From positions 1 through 56,044 of the IMG/VR virus record IMGVR_UViG_3300011114_001021: DNA of 56,044 nt; one strand, written 5' to 3'. The DNA comes from a virus (Duplodnaviria > Caudoviricetes). Below the pieces are notes generated by a model. The model saw only the letters and a program-made list of their open reading frames with translations. It had not been told where the DNA came from and did not search any database. Both the position numbers and the translations under genes were made by a program. Below are positions 19,054-28,453 of this stretch, piece by piece; the first letter of the stretch is position 1, and each line of letters starts with the position of its first letter.

Positions 19054-19377
19054 TTATTTTGCTATCTTACTAACCGGTTTACTGGACCACATTTTGCAGC
19101 TCCAGTAGTTAGCTTTCCATTTAGGGCCAGGATTCTCACAGTGATGCCGCGCGCGATAGTTGCGCCGGCGCCCTAGATTATCCCGTTTGATTTCCATATT
19201 AGGATCTCCAAATCCCAATTTAATTACGTTACCCTTCTCATTGGTAACATACACTCCGAACTTCTTTGGCCCTTTCGGCGTACGAAAAGGTTTATTTAAT
19301 TCAACCTTTCGATTTTGATATTCGGCTTCTAGGAGCTCCGTGAACTCGCGGAATGTCAATAGAATTTCTTCAGACAT
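19054..19377 (-). CDS. conserved T4-like basic virion protein
   Basis: TFREFTELLEAE N-terminus; LNKPFR...KKF.VYV...FGDP...RARH.C...A.YWSC. Confidence 0.75.
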   Translation of the reverse strand: MSEEILLTFREFTELLEAEYQNRKVELNKPFRTPKGPKKFGVYVTNEKGNVIKLGFGDPNMEIKRDNLGRRRNYRARHHCENPGPKWKANYWSCKMWSSKPVSKIAK

Positions 19378-19418
19378 GTATTTTAGCCCCGGCGCGATGA
19401 ATTGAAAGTCAGAGCAAT

Positions 19419-19694
19419 TTAATTGCCTTTACGATTCTGAATGATAGTCGTAATTTCACCGAGCAGGTCGGAGATCTTCGAGAAATCACTATTGTCACCT
19501 TCGTCCTCCGACCCATGCGAATAATAGTTGCCCAACTCGGCGAAAAATTTCTCAGCTTCATTCGAGTCAAACTCTTGGAAAAGGCCGACGGCCCGATCAA
19601 CAGAATTCATATTTTCAACGAGACGGTGGCGAAGAGATTCGCCCGGGCGAGGTGTGGAAGTTATGACGGTTTTAATTGCTTCGTTGAGTTTCAT
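19419..19694 (-). CDS. putative internal head protein
   Basis: Start reassigned to MKLNEAIK, identical at DNA level to the start of the upstream gene. Confidence 0.65.
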   Translation of the reverse strand: MKLNEAIKTVITSTPRPGESLRHRLVENMNSVDRAVGLFQEFDSNEAEKFFAELGNYYSHGSEDEGDNSDFSKISDLLGEITTIIQNRKGN

Positions 19695-19725
19695 ATTTGT
19701 TAATGGTAGTCTATTTATGAATCCA

Positions 19726-20364
19726 TTAATCATTGAAGCCATGAGTCATAATGTCTGCCAATTCTTTGCCAGTGATCTGTTTCTGGCCATTCTTTTTTCG
19801 TTTCTGAATCATTTGCGTGACCGTGTTATAAAGAGCGGCCGTGTCATAATCGTTGGCCACATCGGCACGATCGGTTTTATATAGAATGTCATTTGCCTGA
19901 TCGATCACCTTATCAGCGATATCGCGATCGCCACTATCACCAACCTTAGTTACACCAGATGCTTTAGCATCAAATTTGCCTTGAATAGGATTTTTGAGAA
20001 ATTTAATTAAATCTGAATCGTTGATGTTAAAGCTCTTTGTGATTACTGGATTATCGTAATAATTCCTGTCGGTCGAAGACCATTTTTGAGATGTGACTTC
20101 TACTTTAATTTCAACCTCATTTTCATTATTGTTCTTCGAAATCATGACTCGAGCAACTTGTTTACCATCTTTCACGAATCCGGCAAAGATCTCCGTGACA
20201 TTGCCATTTGGCCCTTTGCCTTTAGACGGATTTGTATAGCTTCCTATTTCGCTTAACATGTCAGCGACTTTCAAGATAACGGCCGCTTCTTTCGGAGTGG
20301 TGACTGTCTTAGAAGAAAATGCTTCATTGAGTAGGACTCGTTTAATTGCTTCGTTGAGTTTCAT
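19726..20364 (-). CDS. putative internal head protein
   Basis: MKLNEAIKRVLLNEA N-terminus; late promoter at 20395. Confidence 0.75.
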   Translation of the reverse strand: MKLNEAIKRVLLNEAFSSKTVTTPKEAAVILKVADMLSEIGSYTNPSKGKGPNGNVTEIFAGFVKDGKQVARVMISKNNNENEVEIKVEVTSQKWSSTDRNYYDNPVITKSFNINDSDLIKFLKNPIQGKFDAKASGVTKVGDSGDRDIADKVIDQANDILYKTDRADVANDYDTAALYNTVTQMIQKRKKNGQKQITGKELADIMTHGFND

Positions 20365-20394
20365 AATTGTTGTTGTTATTTGTTGCTGTTATTC

Positions 20395-20402
20395 TATTTA
20401 TA
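20395..20402 (-). promoter_or_regulatory. late promoter TATAAATA
   Basis: Exact match followed by A/C-rich leader. Confidence 0.8.
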
Positions 20403-20505
20403 GCTTTTAAGTTTTGCGCTGATTACCCTTCACGGCATTCAAATAGAGTGAAAAGTGATAAAATGTCTTTTGCATGTCCCGGTGATGACTGGGTATTAGG
20501 AAGAA

Positions 20506-21729
20506 TTAAGATTTCTGCCACCCTTTAATTATGTCCCCCTCCGGTGAAAAATTAGCTCGACTAAATTCTTGTCTATCCACCAATTTGAGCATGTTACCTC
20601 CTATGCCTACCACATATCCTTCAGGCGATGTTTTCCTCAGTCCACTCTTCGTCTTGAGGAAAGTATTCACGCCGCCAAGCTGATTCAGCTTCGCGATCAG
20701 AATCTTTTTGGCATCGACTAGGATCTGCTGCAGCGTAAAGATAAGGACCAGGTTATTCACGTTATCGCCAGAGAAGAACTCCATGCGCGCCTGACGTCGA
20801 AGATCGACGGCTTCTTTGCCCTTAGACGTCTTCTTCTCGGCTTCTTGCTTATCGAAGCGAGCCTTCATCCAGTTCATCAAGCCAGCCACATGCTTGGCCG
20901 GATCGCCAATCTCTTGGCCAGAGCGAACCTTGGAGTTGGCATAGGTTTCTAGCTCTTGAGCCAGATCCGAGCTCGCCTCGATGGCATTCAGTGTGTTTGG
21001 AGAGATCTTGGAGAGAGTTTGATCGGCCTGCTTCAGAAGCCTATCGATCTGAGCCAGATCTGCAGGATTTATATTTGGAGCGCCGGTGCTATTGAGATCT
21101 GCCGTTTGCCACCAGACCGATGGAACTTGCTTCATAGCCTTCGCATTTATTCCAGGGACCGGTTCAAGAGAGCCAATCTTACCAGCATATGACGTATGAA
21201 AGACTACGCCGATCTTGGCCACCGATATTTTCTTGCCGATCTCCGAGTCGATCGGAACGGCATAGACGATTGTATTTGGATGGAACGTAATATATTCCTG
21301 CCCTTCGATCGTCTGGCGCGCCGTGTCTTCCGTGAACATGATGTCACCTTGAATGATTCCTCGAATGCCGAGCTTGGGCAGTTCGGCCAGAGCGACCTTC
21401 ATCTTGTTATTAAGATCTCCGGAGTCGATGGCCGCGTCGATGTCGGCCGGTGTTTTATATACCTCTGGAACCTTATTGAAGATTGATTTCTTGGCGACGA
21501 AGAATTTGCCATCCGCCACATCGATGCCGCAGAAGATTGCGGGCGCTCCATCCCACTTGACGGTCACGGACATCGGCTTCTTATTCTTGCCGAGCAATGA
21601 GTCGCGAAGTGACTTTAAAGTCTGAATAGCTTTCTTAGCACCAGAGACACCGGAATATAGGACTGAGTCCTCGACGTGCGTAAGATGTCCGGCCCCTTCG
21701 GCTAAAAGAAATTGAATAAAGCTTTTCAT
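20506..21729 (-). CDS. DUF6267-like protein (ligase/nucleotidyltransferase-like motifs), capsid-targeted
   Basis: MKSFIQFLLAEG; HLTHVED, TVKWDGAPA, QGD.M, PNTI.Y, PEGYV, KLVDR.EFS.ANF. Confidence 0.7.
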   Translation of the reverse strand: MKSFIQFLLAEGAGHLTHVEDSVLYSGVSGAKKAIQTLKSLRDSLLGKNKKPMSVTVKWDGAPAIFCGIDVADGKFFVAKKSIFNKVPEVYKTPADIDAAIDSGDLNNKMKVALAELPKLGIRGIIQGDIMFTEDTARQTIEGQEYITFHPNTIVYAVPIDSEIGKKISVAKIGVVFHTSYAGKIGSLEPVPGINAKAMKQVPSVWWQTADLNSTGAPNINPADLAQIDRLLKQADQTLSKISPNTLNAIEASSDLAQELETYANSKVRSGQEIGDPAKHVAGLMNWMKARFDKQEAEKKTSKGKEAVDLRRQARMEFFSGDNVNNLVLIFTLQQILVDAKKILIAKLNQLGGVNTFLKTKSGLRKTSPEGYVVGIGGNMLKLVDRQEFSRANFSPEGDIIKGWQKS

Positions 21730-21801
21730 TTCAGGGTGTGAATCACTTCAATCGGATTGAGCTTAGAGGCGGATTTAATGATAGAATTTAATCGATTCGT
21801 T

Positions 21802-21841
21802 GTCTTTCAAACCCCCATGGCTTTAGCCTAGGGTTGTTGAC
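21802..21841 (-). mobile_element. orphan IS200/IS605-type end hairpin (remnant)
   Basis: Minus strand GTCAACAACCCTAGGCTAAAGCCATGGGGGTTTGAAAGAC resembles IS200/IS605 (IscB/TnpB-associated) terminal hairpins; no transposase nearby. Confidence 0.5.
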
Positions 21842-21948
21842 AGTTGTTGTTGGTTTATTTATCCGTCTAATGATCCCATCCCTCGATGACGTCTGGACTG
21901 AACTTAGTTCTCAGAATAAGCACGAGTCATAGTTGTTGTTATCTGACT

Positions 21949-22485
21949 CTATTGCTTTTTAGCGATTCTGACAAATTCAGCCGGACACTTTCTTTCACGA
22001 CCATTCTGATCATAGACAACGGAGCCAGAAGAGGTAAATCGCAGAAATTTGCGTTCACGTTCATCGCCACCGTTATACGTAACTATGATCGCATCTCCAG
22101 GTTTCGCCTTACCCAGGCTGTTCTTGTCCTGTGCATCGTAATTGGCATTCTTGATTGATGCGGCTCGAGTGGCTCTAGAAGCTTTAATATCGGCCAAATC
22201 TTTTCGAGCCGCGGCTCCATCACCACGACCAATGATTTTCGTAATAGCCGTGAGAGGTATCGTAGCGATACCCTTTCCAACAACTGAGATTTTAGCCGTC
22301 TCGATAGCACGTGCGACGACTCCAAAGTGAGAAAACTTCTTGAGCTTGATTTTTCCAGGAGTAGCACTTCCCAATTCGGCTATGGTTCCTTCCCAAGCTT
22401 GTCCTTTAAAGTCGAATTTGACTTTATCGCCGACCCGTGGGCGAATGCCTTCGAGGATGGATTGGGCCGCTTCGTTGAGTTTCAT
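21949..22485 (-). CDS. basic putative internal head protein
   Basis: MKLNEAAQSILEG; two SH3-like VGDKV/PGDAI modules; late promoter at 22493. Confidence 0.75.
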   Translation of the reverse strand: MKLNEAAQSILEGIRPRVGDKVKFDFKGQAWEGTIAELGSATPGKIKLKKFSHFGVVARAIETAKISVVGKGIATIPLTAITKIIGRGDGAAARKDLADIKASRATRAASIKNANYDAQDKNSLGKAKPGDAIIVTYNGGDERERKFLRFTSSGSVVYDQNGRERKCPAEFVRIAKKQ

Positions 22486-22492
22486 GCTTCAA

Positions 22493-22500
22493 TATTTATA
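22493..22500 (-). promoter_or_regulatory. late promoter TATAAATA
   Basis: Exact match 7 nt before ATG. Confidence 0.8.
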
Positions 22501-22873
22501 CGATTTCTTCCTTCGAAGCTTTACGAGGAGGTTGATAGTTTGGAATATGCTCGAGCACGTCCCCACGATCACAGCACGTTGAAATTGAAATGTATGCGGG
22601 AATCATCTCGTATTCGATGAGCGCCTCAGGATCTTTTTGAGTCTTGACGAATCGTGTAGGACCCATGCATCTGGCCGTAGCTCGTGAAGGACTGACGGAT
22701 TCAATTACATACTTCGATTCTTTTGTCAGGAAGAATACGTCGCCCACTCGCCTCCGCACCTGTCCAGCCGGAACATCTAGCGAATCAAATCTCGAATCAG
22801 ATTGAATTCGTTTGATTGTTTTATTAGTCGCTTTCTTTGTTTTCATAAATCTTCCTCGAACTATCTGGCCCAA
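22496..22873 (-). CDS. hypothetical protein
   Basis: 125 aa ORF; probable start MKTKK. Confidence 0.6.
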   Translation of the reverse strand: MGQIVRGRFMKTKKATNKTIKRIQSDSRFDSLDVPAGQVRRRVGDVFFLTKESKYVIESVSPSRATARCMGPTRFVKTQKDPEALIEYEMIPAYISISTCCDRGDVLEHIPNYQPPRKASKEEIV

Positions 22874-23304
22874 CTATATTTTGTATTCAAACCGTATTTT
22901 TTACACCACATCGTAAACAGACCCAATTCGCGACCATATGCTTCAATTTCAGCGGGATCGTCGAAGTAGTTCTCATTTAAACATCTCAGCTCGCTCGATC
23001 GCTGTTTATGTTCACATAGAACGAATTGCTTAACGTGAACCAATTCATGGGCAACTGCAAGAAGAAGATCGCGAATTGCAATTCCCGAATCGAATGCAAT
23101 CGTATACGAATTCAATTCAATATCCGGATCGCTGTAGGCTATCATTCCATCATTCTTCATAAGATTACGAGTCGAAATATAGTTGATGGAAATCTTGCTA
23201 GTATCGAATAAGAATTTATCCATGACGTAGTTGGTTAGAGAGCGAACATATTTCGCCTTTCGCTCTGAAAACGGAACTTCAAATGTGATTTTACTTTGGC
23301 GCAT
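22861..23304 (-). CDS. zincin-like metallopeptidase
   Basis: AHELVHVKQ (HEXXH) and P.EIEAY. Confidence 0.75.
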   Translation of the reverse strand: MRQSKITFEVPFSERKAKYVRSLTNYVMDKFLFDTSKISINYISTRNLMKNDGMIAYSDPDIELNSYTIAFDSGIAIRDLLLAVAHELVHVKQFVLCEHKQRSSELRCLNENYFDDPAEIEAYGRELGLFTMWCKKYGLNTKYSWAR

Positions 23305-23470
23305 ATTTCTTACAGAGTTTTACGATTTTCCATTCAGGTTGAAAGTGCGTTAGCAAATTTTGAACCTGCGTTCTACTTCGCCCTTCTCCAGGACATGTCG
23401 CGCGATAGATGGCTCGAAGGGGCGGAATTTCATATTCGACATACCACTTTTCAATTTTATTCTTTTTCAT
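23291..23470 (-). CDS. small hypothetical protein
   Basis: Start reassigned to MKKNKIEKW, right after the stop of the upstream hexapeptide gene. Confidence 0.55.
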   Translation of the reverse strand: MKKNKIEKWYVEYEIPPLRAIYRATCPGEGRSRTQVQNLLTHFQPEWKIVKLCKKYAPK

Positions 23471-23471
23471 T

Positions 23472-23689
23472 TCAATAATAGACCTGAGCATTTCCGGAGA
23501 CCTCAGCATTTTCATAGACCTGAGCATTTCCAGAGACCCAAGCTTTTCCCTCTTGGCTTAGATTTAATTCCCCCTCAATCCAGCCACCAAGACACCGGCT
23601 TTGACATTGCCGAAATTCTTGAGAGCCTTGATGCGATACAGCGTCAAACCGTTGACCAGTTTCTTTTCGTTTGTGATTTCGTATTTCAT
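23472..23689 (-). pseudogene. frameshifted hexapeptide-repeat (left-handed beta-helix) phage protein
   Basis: MKYEITNEKKLVNGLTLYRIKALKNFGNVKAG, then in a shifted frame GGWIEGELNLSQEGKAWVSGNAQVYENAEVSGNAQVYY*; 18-bp repeats at 23480-23533. Confidence 0.75.
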
Positions 23690-23968
23690 AGTACTATTTA
23701 TTCGTTCTGCTAGAGAAATTATACAGCGACCGCGAGCAAATTGACATGAGAATGTTTTCTAGGGCCACAACGACTTGCATGAATTCGTGAAAATAAACCG
23801 AAAATAAGTTTGTCCCTTGAGAATCAGAGTCTTGCGAGAGGAATGTAGAATCATTGAATATCATGGACTTGCATCAGTCGACATTCTAATTGTGTGAAAA
23901 AAGACACTTTTCAGCTCTAATTATATGAAAATGCGCTTTGCGAGCGTCTGGAGAGATCTAATTGTGCG

Positions 23969-23996
23969 AAAAAAAGGGCTGCTTCGAAGCAGCCCT
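23969..23996 (-). terminator. intrinsic terminator
   Basis: AGGGCTGCTT-CG-AAGCAGCCCT followed by T-tract on minus strand. Confidence 0.8.
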
Positions 23997-24017
23997 CTCT
24001 GTGAAATCAAAGCAAAA

Positions 24018-25535
24018 TTACGCGTACGTCGAAATCATTCGCACCAGTTCAGCCTCAGAGAGATTGGCACCACCGGCCGCATACATGTTCAGGCCACGTG
24101 ATAACTTTCTCAAATTGGCCGTCTGTTTCGATTTTCCCTGTTTAAGAACGCCGATGACCTTCAGGCGTTCTGACTTTGAAAGAGAGAGACCAGCTTGCAG
24201 AGGAACTTTGTCGCAGATCTTTTCCATGAATTCATAGACCTCTTCGTCGGTTGGATTGATGTCAATCATGTAGGCTCGAGTGCGAATCGCGCCATCCGGA
24301 TCGAGTTTGTCCATGTTCAGATTCGAGATGAAGATGACCTTGCCGGTGAATTCAAAGTAACGAGGAATCTGACCAGCATCTAGAATCTCTTCATCCGATT
24401 GCTCACTGTCCGGATCAACGACATTGGATCCACGTTTATTCCAGACCAGCTTGCGAACTTTCTTGGTGTCCGTTGCCGCCTTCAGAATGTTGCGTGCCTC
24501 CTGATCTTTCAATGCATCATCGGAATCGTCGAACAGAATCACGCCGTCTTTGTAACGAAAGAGGAGAGTATACAGACCGGCAGGTGAAGCTGTTCCAGTA
24601 TTTTTAAAATATCCATCGCCATCTTTAAGTCCAAGTTCGTGGAGCACTTCCTCGACCGTATGGGTCTTGCCGACGCCACCGCGACCGGCAACGAAGAGAG
24701 CATTCGAGGATCCAGAAATCGTCATCTTGATAAGATGTGTCAGATCATCGAGCTGCGTGGTAAAAGGAAGTCGTTCAATTAGCTTTTCCACCTTCTGATC
24801 AGTTGCATAACGATCCGGTGATCCGCGAGAAACGGATGCGCCGGTACATCCTAAGTTAGAGAGAATCTTCGATTTGGCAATGACTAGCTCGCGAAGATCT
24901 GAAACCTGACCAGACCAGACGAATCCTTGCCCTTTCTTGGTGATGTAGTTGGGAAACTCAATGACTAGAGCGTTGAAGATAAGCTCGCCGGTTTTACGAT
25001 ATTGATCGTAGACGGATCCAGGACCATACTTCTTGAATTTGTTATCCTTAATCATCGCGATGATGCCATCGTAGGCTTCTTCGGGATGAACAGACTCGAT
25101 GAGGATGGAAGCTCGGCAGAGATCCAAAGACTCATTGAGATCGATTTTTTTAGGAGGGGTGAGAAAGTGACCAGATTTCACATCACCCTGGAGCATGTCG
25201 AGAATCACTGGAAGAATTTGTACTAGGGATAGCTCAGCATCGAATTTGACGTGAAGCGGATTTCCATCTAGCCAAACATCGGCCGAAGTAACTCCACTCA
25301 GGCCAATTGAATTGGGCGATGACCAGTTGATGCGAACCGAACTATTATCAGAAGGAATGAAAAATCGAATGCCATATCCATGTCCAGACTCAGAATTAGT
25401 AAATTCCTCGGCTTCTGGAAAATTAAAAAGATCCTTGCCGAGTTTTCGATGGATATATGACTTAATTAAAATAGCCGCCTTATGAAGGCCAGCTGGCGAT
25501 ATTCCTTCAGCGAGGTATGATTTGAATGATTTCAT
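24018..25535 (-). CDS. AAA+ ATPase with capsid-targeting-like N-terminus
   Basis: Walker A GRGGVGKT, Walker B ILFDD, IFISN, AIRTR; MKSFKSYLAEG; late promoter at 25557. Confidence 0.8.
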   Translation of the reverse strand: MKSFKSYLAEGISPAGLHKAAILIKSYIHRKLGKDLFNFPEAEEFTNSESGHGYGIRFFIPSDNSSVRINWSSPNSIGLSGVTSADVWLDGNPLHVKFDAELSLVQILPVILDMLQGDVKSGHFLTPPKKIDLNESLDLCRASILIESVHPEEAYDGIIAMIKDNKFKKYGPGSVYDQYRKTGELIFNALVIEFPNYITKKGQGFVWSGQVSDLRELVIAKSKILSNLGCTGASVSRGSPDRYATDQKVEKLIERLPFTTQLDDLTHLIKMTISGSSNALFVAGRGGVGKTHTVEEVLHELGLKDGDGYFKNTGTASPAGLYTLLFRYKDGVILFDDSDDALKDQEARNILKAATDTKKVRKLVWNKRGSNVVDPDSEQSDEEILDAGQIPRYFEFTGKVIFISNLNMDKLDPDGAIRTRAYMIDINPTDEEVYEFMEKICDKVPLQAGLSLSKSERLKVIGVLKQGKSKQTANLRKLSRGLNMYAAGGANLSEAELVRMISTYA

Positions 25536-25556
25536 GTGTGCTTACGGTGTTTATGG

Positions 25557-25564
25557 TATTTATA
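25557..25564 (-). promoter_or_regulatory. late promoter TATAAATA
   Basis: Exact match. Confidence 0.8.
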
Positions 25565-25679
25565 CACCTCACCTGCTCACTTCTAATCCATTCTCGAGCT
25601 TCTTCGCGATCCTCTTCTGTCGTCTGCATGGCAATGAAAATATCATCTAGACTCATGTCTGTCACAACAATTTCAGTTT

Positions 25680-27083
25680 TCATACTCTGATATTTGAAAT
25701 TGATATGCTCTTCCGACCTTTATCCCATGGTTTAATTGAATTGGATTCAGATGGAGAATCGCTTTCACTTCCAGAATCGATCATCGTCTGAGCTGATGCA
25801 TTTACATCGTAGAGGCGCATTTTCGCCTTGTCAACGCCAACGATAAACCTTTTGTTGGTAGTCTTATTTGAATATCGATTCTTCAACTGTTTCACCATAT
25901 ATTGGCCAAGCTTTTCAAGTTGTTCCGTTTCATTGATCGAAATCATAAAATCGGCCGTTCCAGTCAAAGCAAATGAATCGGCGACGTCAACCATGTCAGG
26001 ATCCGATGACTTCATTCCCCCTCGATTTACCTGTGTTGCCGTCCAGATTGGAACATTGAATTCAATTGCCAATCCGCGCAACTCTTCGGAAATAGCTTTG
26101 ACGAACGAATTAGTATTGACAGACCCCGAAAGACCTTTGATGCGAGCCGATGAGCAGATTCCAATGTAGTCGACAAAGATGATATCTGGAATAAAATTCT
26201 TCTTCATCTTGAGCTCGTTGAGGAGTGCTCGAAAATGACCAGAGTGACCGGCCGCTGTTGGATATTCTTTGATGATCAGCTTCCCCTGTGTTTTAGCGGA
26301 AATTTTCTTTATCTTTGAATCGAAGATGTCGCGAGGAAGAGATTCAATTTGATCGAGATTGACGTCAAAAAGGTTAGCATCGATGCGTTCAGCAATCCTT
26401 TCCTCTGACATTTCGAGGGTAATGTAGAGAACATTCTTTCCCTGCGAAAGGTATGAAGAAGCCAGATGACAAAGCACCAGAGATTTTCCAACATTCACAC
26501 CGGCCATGATGATGTTCAATGTTTTCTTGGGAACACCGCCACGCGTAATTGAGTTGAGCATGTTAATATCAAAGGGGAATCGCGATTCCTTCTTATGATA
26601 ATATTCATATCGAGAAGTTGCATCTGAGATATAATCATGACCTACCGACGTATCAAATGTAACAGACAGAGCCTTTTGTAAAATATCGGGAATCGATCCG
26701 GGTGCAACATCTTTACGCTTCCCATCGATAATAGCAATCGATTCCATGACGGCCAAGAATACTGACCGCTCTTGACAGAACTTTTCTGTTCGATTTAAAA
26801 GCCATTCACGATCGACCTTTTCATACTCAACAAGGCCTCCAATAATTTCTCCAGCTCGATTCTGTGATTCTATAGAACCTTTACCTCCTCCTTGAAGTTC
26901 AATTACTAGAGCCGATGGAGTTGGAAGCCTATTGTATTTAAGAATGAAATCGAGGATAAGTTCATAGACAATTCTTTCTCCACCTTCAAAATATTCAGCC
27001 TTAACGTGGGGCATCGCCTTTCGGCAATATTCCTCATCGTGGAGAAATGATTGAAGTATTATTTTCTGTAAGTTGGCTTCCAT
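25680..27083 (-). CDS. 41: replicative DNA helicase (T4 gp41-like)
   Basis: AGVNVGKS, YITLEMSEE, KEYPT, VDY, TATQVNR, QLKNRY. Confidence 0.95.
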   Translation of the reverse strand: MEANLQKIILQSFLHDEEYCRKAMPHVKAEYFEGGERIVYELILDFILKYNRLPTPSALVIELQGGGKGSIESQNRAGEIIGGLVEYEKVDREWLLNRTEKFCQERSVFLAVMESIAIIDGKRKDVAPGSIPDILQKALSVTFDTSVGHDYISDATSRYEYYHKKESRFPFDINMLNSITRGGVPKKTLNIIMAGVNVGKSLVLCHLASSYLSQGKNVLYITLEMSEERIAERIDANLFDVNLDQIESLPRDIFDSKIKKISAKTQGKLIIKEYPTAAGHSGHFRALLNELKMKKNFIPDIIFVDYIGICSSARIKGLSGSVNTNSFVKAISEELRGLAIEFNVPIWTATQVNRGGMKSSDPDMVDVADSFALTGTADFMISINETEQLEKLGQYMVKQLKNRYSNKTTNKRFIVGVDKAKMRLYDVNASAQTMIDSGSESDSPSESNSIKPWDKGRKSISISNIRV

Positions 27084-27375
27084 TTAAATTTCCAATTTTA
27101 TATTCTATAGAATCAGTTAGAATCGAAGTTAGCACATCACCGACATATCGATGGAATTTCAAATCATCTTGAAATTTTCGATTGTGCAATATTGTAAAGT
27201 GATATGAAAGTTTAATCGAATCGATTTGAGTTTCCTCACAGATGCCGACCCGATCATATTGATAGACTGTTCCTTTATACGGACCACTCAAGAGAACGAT
27301 CATTCCACATTGATCGTGCAGGGTGTTAAATACGCCGATGCGATAGTCGATGTCTTTAATCGGCTTCTGCAGCAT
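27034..27375 (-). CDS. probable gp40-like protein
   Basis: Position between uvsX and 41 as in T4; GPYKGTVYQY motif; start uncertain. Confidence 0.5.
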   Translation of the reverse strand: MLQKPIKDIDYRIGVFNTLHDQCGMIVLLSGPYKGTVYQYDRVGICEETQIDSIKLSYHFTILHNRKFQDDLKFHRYVGDVLTSILTDSIEYKIGNLNGSQLTENNTSIISPR

Positions 27376-28447
27376 CCCCATCATTCGCAGAATTTGAAGG
27401 AGAGGCGAGCATTTCCGTATTGCCCAGAGAAAAGGTCGATTCAACATATTTTTTGAAGTCAGTATTATTAAAGATGACATCCCAGAAACTCTTATCGAAG
27501 GTTTGTTCTTCGCGAGTGCTTTTGGAAAGTTCTTTTTTTGTCGATGGATTGTAAGCTACATACCATCCATTCTTTGGCTTGATGACAAATCCACCGGCTA
27601 TAGCTACATCAAGGAGACCTGAATAGCGCTGAATGCCTTTGTCGAATCCAACCGTGATCATGATCTTAGATTTTTCCTTGACGAAGCGGGACTTTTCAAC
27701 ATTGATGACAAAGCGATATCCATGGAGACCCTCGTCATCTTTATCCTGCTGACGACCAAGAATCCAAATATTGTCCGCCGAATATGTTATGCCGGTGCCA
27801 CCTGACACGATCGTCTTCGAATACATTTCCTGTGTCTCATAGGTATGAGCAATTGATATCATTGAAATGTCCTTGAGCTTTAGAATCGGCGTGACCATTC
27901 GAAAGAGACCCTTCAGAGCTTTGGCTCGAGTCATGTCGGCTACAGACTTTTCATTGATCGCATCTTCAACCTCTTTCTTCGAAGCCAGATTACCAATGGA
28001 ATCAATCATGATAATTACCTTGTCTCCTCGATTCAAAGTATTCAATTGAGAAACCAAATCAAATTTAAGTTCTTCAATGTTAGTGATAGGCGAATGAAAG
28101 ACACGCGCCTCATCGATGCCAAAGGATTTGAAGTATGATTTCGGAGAACCAAATTCAGAATCGTAGAAAAGACAAACCGATTCCGGATATTTTTTCAAAT
28201 ATGCTGCGACCATTAGAAGACCAAATGAACTTTTGAAATGCTTTGATGGGCCAGCTAAAACTGTAGAACCGGAAGTAATGCCACCATCAATCAAGCCAGA
28301 AAGCGCTACATTGATCATGGGAACTTCGGTCGATACCATTTCATTTTCAAATAGATTGGAAGCTTCAAGAGTTGTAGAGAGAGCCAATTTTGAAGCCGCC
28401 CGAATTCTAGAGAGGAGTGGATTTTGCAGTGTTTTATCTTTAGGCAT
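27356..28447 (-). CDS. uvsX: UvsX RecA-like recombinase
   Basis: GPSKHFKS, FYDSEFG, DSIGNLASKKE, ADMTRAK. Confidence 0.95.
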   Translation of the reverse strand: MPKDKTLQNPLLSRIRAASKLALSTTLEASNLFENEMVSTEVPMINVALSGLIDGGITSGSTVLAGPSKHFKSSFGLLMVAAYLKKYPESVCLFYDSEFGSPKSYFKSFGIDEARVFHSPITNIEELKFDLVSQLNTLNRGDKVIIMIDSIGNLASKKEVEDAINEKSVADMTRAKALKGLFRMVTPILKLKDISMISIAHTYETQEMYSKTIVSGGTGITYSADNIWILGRQQDKDDEGLHGYRFVINVEKSRFVKEKSKIMITVGFDKGIQRYSGLLDVAIAGGFVIKPKNGWYVAYNPSTKKELSKSTREEQTFDKSFWDVIFNNTDFKKYVESTFSLGNTEMLASPSNSANDGDAAEAD

Positions 28448-28453
28448 AGAATC

